Shown in pieces: positions 1-6,481 of a stretch of 64,000 bases of DNA. The notes under the pieces are model-generated. The model was given only the letters and a program-made list of their open reading frames with translations, had not been told where the DNA came from and did no database searches. The stretch comes from a virus, in the IMG/VR virus record IMGVR_UViG_3300043436_001797, positions 1-64,000 of that record. One strand, written 5' to 3'. Positions within the stretch are counted from its first letter, which is position 1. Each line of letters starts with the position of its first letter. A program made the translations under genes and the position numbers.

Positions 1-442
1 ATATTCTAATAGAGAACGTAGAATCACTAATTACCTCTGGACTTGTTACTCCTGTTACGTTCACCTAGTAAACTAGATTACTGAGTCAGCCTCAATCTGC
101 CTCGGGACTTAAGTCCATATCTACTGAGCATTTCAACTCTCCCTCTTATGCTACTTACATAACTGTCTTTTAATCCGTAAAGAGACCGTCCAATACCTTA
201 GTATATCAATTAGGATTACTCCCGCCACCTGATTTGTATGTATATAACTTTGTCAATTTATTGCAAACTCCACCCATTTTACACATGGTTTACAGTTATC
301 ACAACTCATTAACTGGCTCTCCACCAGTTATATACACAACAAACTTAACTGTATTTCTACAGCAGTGTAATCAACATACCTCGCGTAGTAGGCATTTACT
401 AGTTAAAAGACTTTCATTACATAAGCCTTGTAAACTATATCA

Positions 443-1246
443 TTACTTAATGACCAAAGACTTAAGTGTCTCTGGTACATTAAGACCATAATGGAACTTG
501 AACAATTTTCCGTAGCGCTCATGTTCTCTGATGGTACCACAACCGCAGTTGTCACCATGTTCAAAATGAGTACAGAAGTGGATATTGTATCCTTTCGGAG
601 GTTGCCCACAAGTTCCACCACATCCCTGAGTAAAAACAAGAACAGTCTTTCCCACAGGTACATGCTTCTTCATATGTTCCCAATAATAATCTCCACCAAA
701 GCGGAGCATATGGGATGAATACACATGTATACCCTTAATCTTCTCAGCTACATTTACCATAGTATGATGGAATCCATTGTCTCTATTGTTATAGCCAACA
801 GCTGCATCTACATACAGGTATAGTTCTGTCTTTTCATCAGGTACTAACCGCTTCTCTTCCAACGCCAAATGGGGTTGAGATAGAAGCTTCATAAAAACTC
901 TTGGATAGTTTAACTTATCCTCTACCAATACTTCAGTAGTAGCTAGACGTTTAAGTTCCCTCTCAATGAGAATCTCCTTAGCTGTCTTTTTTACTGTCCT
1001 GTCATCAAACCCAGGAGCTTTCTGCTGACCTCCAGCTTTACCTTTACCTCTAGTAGATCTAGCGTTACTTGGAGGTGGTGGGTATAACTTTCGGAGTCTG
1101 GTAGAGATAGATTGTATCAACTCTTTATTAAGAGCATTAACAATGTTGGGTGTAATAGTATACTCTATACCCTTGTAGGTATGAGTAAACTTACCCTCTG
1201 TCTCCTCGAAGTGTTTGGTAATCAACGGGTCTTGTCTAAAATGCAT
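443..1246 (-). CDS. Degenerate vWA-like partner of MoxR ATPase with Cys/His-rich C-terminus
   Basis: Follows the MoxR gene. LYLYVDAAVG and VLVFTQG resemble the vWA DxSxS and TDG strands but are degenerate. Contains CGGTCG..HFCTHFEHGDNCGCG. Confidence 0.45.
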   Translation of the reverse strand: MHFRQDPLITKHFEETEGKFTHTYKGIEYTITPNIVNALNKELIQSISTRLRKLYPPPPSNARSTRGKGKAGGQQKAPGFDDRTVKKTAKEILIERELKRLATTEVLVEDKLNYPRVFMKLLSQPHLALEEKRLVPDEKTELYLYVDAAVGYNNRDNGFHHTMVNVAEKIKGIHVYSSHMLRFGGDYYWEHMKKHVPVGKTVLVFTQGCGGTCGQPPKGYNIHFCTHFEHGDNCGCGTIREHERYGKLFKFHYGLNVPETLKSLVIK

Positions 1247-1259
1247 AGCAATTAAGGAT

Positions 1260-1294
1260 AAAAAGAAAGGGGAAGCTTAACCTCTCCCCCTTTC
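1260..1294 (-). terminator. Intrinsic terminator after the MoxR gene
   Basis: Minus strand reads GAAAGGGGGAGAGG-TTAAG-CTTCCCCTTTC followed by a T-run. Confidence 0.65.
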
Positions 1295-1323
1295 ACGAAA
1301 CCTAAACCTAACCAATGCTCTCG

Positions 1324-2187
1324 TTAGAGCATAGAACCTACATACTGGTTTGTATTCCTTGGATATCTCTGTCGTAGTCTCTGTACAAGCATATTTTGGT
1401 CATTCTCTTCCTGAGACATCTTCCATAATAGTGCTCTATACTTCATATCATACGCAGTCTTCCTCCCAATTGCTTGGGTACCAATGAAATACAACTCCTG
1501 TATCAAATCAGCTATCTGATTCTGACTAGGTTTCTTGGATACATCCAATTGCCTATAGTCAAGAACCAGGTCAATGAGGAAGTTAAACTTGCTCTCATTG
1601 TAGTCTACATTCAACATCATCTTAACCTGTTGTATAAGTTCTTCCTTTCCGGGGAACTTAAACTCACGGATTATACTAATCCTACGGTCAAGTGCATCTT
1701 CCAAGTCACGTCTCTTGTTAGAGGTAAGAACAATAAACAGGTTATTCTTATTACCCTTAACTACACCCGTGATTGGGTCATTCAGCATACATTCCTGCAT
1801 ATAACTAAGCAGGAAGGTATCTACAGATGGTTTAGCTTTATCTACCTCATCTATCAACAGCACCACCTTGTGTTCGTTAGACTTTCTAAGAGCCTGTAGT
1901 AGATAGCCATCTTTCATAGCTTCTCTACCCTTAGTCTGCTCATCGGTCATAGCGTCCACAAGAGTACCCAAATCCCAGTTATATACCAACTGATCTGCTG
2001 CTACCCCGTCATAACAGGGAGCAAAGATTAATTCTGCTTCCAATTCGGTAGCAAGGTACTTAGCAAAACTAGTTTTACCAGCACCCGGCTCACCGAATAG
2101 AAGCATACTTGGTACACACACAGTGGGATTACCAAGGAGATACTTTACATACTGAATATCAAGTTTCTTGTCCTGACTCAGTATCAT
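1324..2187 (-). CDS. MoxR-family (AAA_5-type) AAA+ ATPase
   Basis: Walker A GEPGAGKTS, Walker B VLLIDEVDKA, sensor/Arg finger LTSNKRRDLEDALDRR. Confidence 0.85.
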   Translation of the reverse strand: MILSQDKKLDIQYVKYLLGNPTVCVPSMLLFGEPGAGKTSFAKYLATELEAELIFAPCYDGVAADQLVYNWDLGTLVDAMTDEQTKGREAMKDGYLLQALRKSNEHKVVLLIDEVDKAKPSVDTFLLSYMQECMLNDPITGVVKGNKNNLFIVLTSNKRRDLEDALDRRISIIREFKFPGKEELIQQVKMMLNVDYNESKFNFLIDLVLDYRQLDVSKKPSQNQIADLIQELYFIGTQAIGRKTAYDMKYRALLWKMSQEENDQNMLVQRLRQRYPRNTNQYVGSML

Positions 2188-2690
2188 TTGTCACCTCCCT
2201 TTCTTCTCTTAAAGTTCAACATATGCTTCAGAAGTTCTTTAAGTTCTTCTGGCATACCATCCGGAATCTCTCCGTCACTACAAAGTTTCGCAGCTTCTGC
2301 ATAAGACTCAGCAAGAGCCTCATAGTGCTTAATGAAACCTTGTACAGCTAGGTACATTATGCCTTCGTACCCCAATGTCTTTTCTACGTGTTCGAATATC
2401 ATAGATTTTCTGAACCCGTCACCCTCATGCTTTTTGACATACCCAAACAATGCATCACGGAGTTTATCATGTATAGACTCCATGTCATCACCGGGCATAC
2501 CCACCGCGTTCCAGAAACTGTCAGCTTCGTGATCAAATGGACCACGGATTACAGTACTGAACTCACCCGCACCACCCTCATCGGGTAGATTGCTAGCTGC
2601 CCACATAATAGCCTTGTTGTTAATAAGATTAGTGGGAGCATTAAACAAAGCCTCCATAACCTGTGTTTTAAAGTTACTTCCCTGACTCAT
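2184..2690 (-). CDS. Hypothetical protein (168 aa)
   Basis: ORF coupled to the MoxR gene by an ATGA overlap. Confidence 0.75.
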   Translation of the reverse strand: MSQGSNFKTQVMEALFNAPTNLINNKAIMWAASNLPDEGGAGEFSTVIRGPFDHEADSFWNAVGMPGDDMESIHDKLRDALFGYVKKHEGDGFRKSMIFEHVEKTLGYEGIMYLAVQGFIKHYEALAESYAEAAKLCSDGEIPDGMPEELKELLKHMLNFKRRKGGDK

Positions 2691-2694
2691 TGTA

Positions 2695-2880
2695 TTAGAG
2701 TATTTGATTGTTATTTGATAAGATTGTAATCTCTTTCTCTATTCTAGCCTTATCATTACTAGTTAGAGGTACTTGATTGCCGGTAGTTCTACCGTTAATC
2801 TTCTCAGGTTTGGTACCCACCTGTAGTTGCTGTTGCAAACGCGCAAGAGCATTCTGTTGTCGTTCTTCTTTCTTCTTCAT
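2695..2880 (-). CDS. Small hypothetical protein (61 aa)
   Basis: Operon-like spacing and A-rich leader. Confidence 0.65.
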   Translation of the reverse strand: MKKKEERQQNALARLQQQLQVGTKPEKINGRTTGNQVPLTSNDKARIEKEITILSNNNQIL

Positions 2881-3168
2881 ATTTAGCTATTTATTGCTGT
2901 TAACTTATTTACATATCCCATCCGTACTCAGTATATACTGCTCACCCTTTGGAAATGAGTTGTGGTACGTTAAATATGAGGGTTATCTGAACTCCCACAA
3001 ACGCCAGGAACTTACTGGATATTTACCCGGTTGAAGAAAGGGTAACAATACTACTGTCTTGTATCTACACTGGACAGTCCCGCGCCAGTAGCTTACTGGA
3101 TAGGTATTACAATTTATATCCCGGAGTATATACTCAAAGCCGGCAACACCACACCAAAGCGGTTAATA

Positions 3169-3393
3169 CTATATAAGACCCCTATCTGCTTTACTGCTCA
3201 TATAGGCACCGACACCTATAATAGATATAAGACCAAATACAGCAGCATACGAGGGATGGGTAACACAAGTAAAGTATATAGACTTATCCCACGCTATCAT
3301 AGAAACAGCAATCGCGGGTAGTATGTATACAAGAGAAGTAAGTACTATATAAGAGAGTACTATAAGAAAGAGTTTAGAGAATTGCTCAAACAT
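3169..3393 (-). CDS. Small membrane protein with about 2 TM segments
   Basis: Two long hydrophobic stretches; leader contains TAAACA. Confidence 0.65.
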   Translation of the reverse strand: MFEQFSKLFLIVLSYIVLTSLVYILPAIAVSMIAWDKSIYFTCVTHPSYAAVFGLISIIGVGAYMSSKADRGLI

Positions 3394-3557
3394 ATTTTTG
3401 TGTGTGTTTAGTTAATGACTTGATTTGTAGCTATGTAGTAACTCTACAATTGGGTAGTAACAAGGAGAGACAGATGAGGCAGCATAGAAAGAGAAGAAGG
3501 TGGACACCCCCATAAAAAGAGTGTCACACCTATTGTCTGTTATACGCTAACTGACTG

Positions 3558-4106
3558 TTATTCAGTGTCTTCTCCGTCCACATCTGCACCCGGAACCTCA
3601 CTGTTCTCTTCTTCTCCACTAGTGTCGTCAGTATCTACGATGTTATCGTGTACACTTGTATCACTAGCGACGCTACTACCTAACTTACTCAGGTCTGCTG
3701 CAGTACCAGTACCCATTAACGCCCACAGTGCCTCGTCAATCTTGCTACCAAGAGTAGGATTAGCTTTACGCATACCCTGAAGTGCACCACGTAATGCTCT
3801 GTTGATGCGGAATTGTACCTTACCTTCCTTGTCTTTGTAAGAACTAATGTCTGCATCAAACCCTTCGAACTCACTTGAGTGCCAAAGTGGTATACCGTTT
3901 TCGCTCTCACGATAGTAATCCTTACCATCTGGGTTATCACGCTTGAAGCGCTTATACATACTAATCTCTTCAGGTGTAGCATCTACAACCGCGTACAGGT
4001 ACATCGGCTTAACATCGCGTACTACCTTACCGTCTACAATAACTGGAACTCCATTTACTACGCGAGAAACTCCCTTCTCGTAGTAGTCAACATACTTTAA
4101 CTTCAT
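3558..4106 (-). CDS. Early protein with acidic tail, probable paralogue of 5026..5706
   Basis: Shares YxYAV..T..KR and GxxLxxS motifs with 5026..5706; D/E-rich C-terminus. Confidence 0.75.
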   Translation of the reverse strand: MKLKYVDYYEKGVSRVVNGVPVIVDGKVVRDVKPMYLYAVVDATPEEISMYKRFKRDNPDGKDYYRESENGIPLWHSSEFEGFDADISSYKDKEGKVQFRINRALRGALQGMRKANPTLGSKIDEALWALMGTGTAADLSKLGSSVASDTSVHDNIVDTDDTSGEEENSEVPGADVDGEDTE

Positions 4107-4392
4107 TTGTTTGAACTGTTTTGAACTGTTTATAAAAGATTGATTGTTTACTTACCTAACTTACTGCTATCATGATGTTTAAATATATAATCCTGAATAC
4201 CTTGAGTAACTTGACTAAACGTGAGTACGTGAGTACCTTGAGCGGTAGTAAGTCCCAAAGTAACCGGTAGTAATCGGTAGTAAAAAGCATAAAACCCAGT
4301 CGTAGCAAAGGTTTTAAGTTAACTAGTTGATTACTAGTACAGTTGTCTAGTATTATCACCGCTGTAACACCAGTAAGACCGTTGAAAAGTGG

Positions 4393-4426
4393 AAAAAAGG
4401 GATACACCTGTGTGTGTACCCCCTTT
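4393..4426 (-). terminator. Intrinsic terminator
   Basis: Minus strand AAAGGGGGTACAC-ACACAG-GTGTATCCCTTTTTT downstream of 4449..4808. Confidence 0.6.
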
Positions 4427-4448
4427 ATTACCCGCTATCACCTGGGAT

Positions 4449-4808
4449 TTATAGTCCATATTCTGTGTCTACCACATCGTCATTTGGATCACTAGGTCCA
4501 CCGAATGTATCATCAACGATAGGTACTTGGTCGCTCTCATCATCGTCGCTGATATTGTCCAAGTTATCTACCACATCAGTTACATCGTGACACTGCGTAT
4601 GTATCTTGTAGTTGGCTAACTTGATAACCGCTAACCGTAGTGCTACATCAAAGTCCCCATTGAGAGCAGCTACTAGTACTTCATTTTCTCGTCCATTGTG
4701 TATAGTATTGTAGTCAATGAACATTGCTGCACATATGATACCGTGTGCTTCGGTATTGGTGAACGGCACTAACTGTACGCGCTCTCCGTTGGTGTGTTGT
4801 GTAATCAT
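4449..4808 (-). CDS. Early hypothetical protein with Asp-rich tail
   Basis: 119-aa ORF behind the repeated ATTATATATTTAAACA leader. Confidence 0.7.
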   Translation of the reverse strand: MITQHTNGERVQLVPFTNTEAHGIICAAMFIDYNTIHNGRENEVLVAALNGDFDVALRLAVIKLANYKIHTQCHDVTDVVDNLDNISDDDESDQVPIVDDTFGGPSDPNDDVVDTEYGL

Positions 4809-4980
4809 ACTAATACTATGCTGTTTAAATATATAATCGTGTGTAATCTTGAGTAACCGTGAGTAGTCGGTAGTAATAACTAGAGTACCCAGTAGACTTT
4901 GGGGACTTGCGCGTTCCCTGCGAAGCAGGGTGAACAGTATACGTCAGTATACTGTGATGTTTAGATATATAATGGATTGG

Positions 4981-5015
4981 AAAAAAAAACAACACCCCGA
5001 AGGGTGTTGCTTTTT
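4981..5015 (-). terminator. Intrinsic terminator with cUUCGg tetraloop
   Basis: Minus strand GCAACACCC-TTCG-GGGTGTTGTTTTTTTTT directly after the 5026..5706 stop. Confidence 0.85.
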
Positions 5016-5025
5016 ACTCGCTACG

Positions 5026-5706
5026 TTACAAGAATGGTAGCTCCTCATCGTCAGCAGGTACCTCAGGTTCTGTGTCGTTCAGACCATCGATGCTGCTGTC
5101 GCCCTCATCCTGTTCATCGACAATGACGTCTTGAGCAGGAGTGACATCCGCACCCTTGAGCAGACCTGTCGCTAGGTCCACCACAGCAGGTGTGAACTTG
5201 TCAGGAGCACCCAACGTCCCCAACGCATAGGCAACCTTGATGTCTTCACTGAGAACATCAAATAGCTGCTTGTTGCGTTTGAACAGTTCGTCTACCCGTT
5301 CAAGCAACTTCGACGGAGCAATCTTGTACCGCTCCACCGTTTGACCTGCACGCGCACCCTTCTCGAGTTTGATGTACCCATTAGGCACCAACTCACCGAA
5401 GGAGAAGTTCAGGTTGCTGTAGAACAGGATAGCACCTGGTCTATCGGACGGCACAACCTTACCGTTCCTTGTGTACGTAGCAGGTACAATGACAAAGTCG
5501 CTAGACATCTTCTGTCTTTTGATTTTGTCAATGAGTACCATGAGGTCAGCGGTGTCGCCACCTACTGCATACTCGTAACGTACCTTAGCAGTTTCGCCTG
5601 CTGTTGTCAGCTTTACTGACGCGGTGCTTGAAGGAACACCCTGTCCCTTCAAACCGTTCAACGAAGGTCTAACCTCCATTGAACGTATATACTGAGCGTA
5701 TAACAT
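5026..5706 (-). CDS. First gene of the early arm; acidic tail ending DDEELPFL (SSB C-terminal-like)
   Basis: C-terminus resembles the bacterial SSB DDDIPF tip. Visibly more GC-rich than the late arm. Confidence 0.7.
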   Translation of the reverse strand: MLYAQYIRSMEVRPSLNGLKGQGVPSSTASVKLTTAGETAKVRYEYAVGGDTADLMVLIDKIKRQKMSSDFVIVPATYTRNGKVVPSDRPGAILFYSNLNFSFGELVPNGYIKLEKGARAGQTVERYKIAPSKLLERVDELFKRNKQLFDVLSEDIKVAYALGTLGAPDKFTPAVVDLATGLLKGADVTPAQDVIVDEQDEGDSSIDGLNDTEPEVPADDEELPFL

Positions 5707-6150
5707 ACAATTGGAATGTGTTGTTTAATACCGCAACACTCACGGTAATGTGTTGTTTAATGCACCTATATAGTACCCTACATAGTGCACACCACACACA
5801 TATATACTATGTTGTTTAGTATCGGTAGTAAGTTCTATCTACTACTTACGATACACCTTTCACCATAGCGCAGCTCATGTGTTGTTTAGTTTGCACCACC
5901 CATGCACACACTTTCCTGCAGGATTTTTTTGTTGTTTCGGTCCTACGTTTCATTGTAACCTGTTGGTTTCGTGGGGGGTGGGTACCACTCCGACGGCGGT
6001 GGGGGGATCGTTTCAATACCATCCCTAACAACGCAACGCATATACAAAACCCATATCCCCACTCTGCAACGCATATATAAAATGAGGTACCCGGGGGAAT
6101 AACCCAGGGGATTATTTGTATATTTGTAGTATAATAAGTATATTTATAGT
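5707..6150. promoter_or_regulatory. Divergent control region with repeats and hairpins; possible genome terminus or origin
   Basis: Strand switch. Five TGTTGTTT copies with interspersed inverted repeats, GCAACGCATATA twice, G-runs, and TATATTTG at 6119. Confidence 0.55.
6119..6126 (+). promoter_or_regulatory. Bacteroidota housekeeping-sigma -7 element TAnnTTTG (late arm)
   Basis: TATATTTG upstream of the first late gene. The same motif is intergenic at 13842, 22819, 25793 and 46613, and TATCTTTG at 61038. Confidence 0.55.
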
Positions 6151-6480
6151 ATGCCTACAAGAACTGGTTATATAACTACTAATACGTTTGAGGGTGTATT
6201 AGAGGCGGGGGTCACCGATGTGTTTATAGGATATAGCGGGGGACTTACTAGTGTCACCCGAATTACTCTTACCAACCCTACTGTATCCGTTACCGTAAAG
6301 GTTAATATTAACCGTACTGATGGTAATAGTGTACAGGTGTATAGTTACACGCTCGCCGCGGGGGATGTTATGGTAGATACTTTTGGATATACCTTATCAT
6401 ATAATGATACCATATCAGTAGATAACTCCGATGATGGTACTGTGTGCGTAGTTAACGGATCATTTAGCCCTAGTAGATAA
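6151..6480 (+). CDS. Small beta-rich putative virion protein
   Basis: T/V/S/G-rich 109-aa ORF heading the fibre operon. Confidence 0.65.
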   Translation: MPTRTGYITTNTFEGVLEAGVTDVFIGYSGGLTSVTRITLTNPTVSVTVKVNINRTDGNSVQVYSYTLAAGDVMVDTFGYTLSYNDTISVDNSDDGTVCVVNGSFSPSR

Positions 6481-6481
6481 T

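Noticed and set aside
4156-4407. 83-aa minus-strand ORF, and the 5846..6031 and 5877..6080 ORFs
   Set aside because: They overlap a terminator or repeat arrays and have atypical composition; probably non-coding.
5716-5940. CRISPR mini-array
   Set aside because: Repeats are only about 9-14 nt, spacing is irregular, and no cas operon is present. The PD-(D/E)XK gene is a common stand-alone phage nuclease.
1-6150. tRNA, tmRNA or RNase P in the intergenic gaps
   Set aside because: No cloverleaf/T-loop or conserved signature was recognised by eye; tRNAscan or Infernal would settle it.
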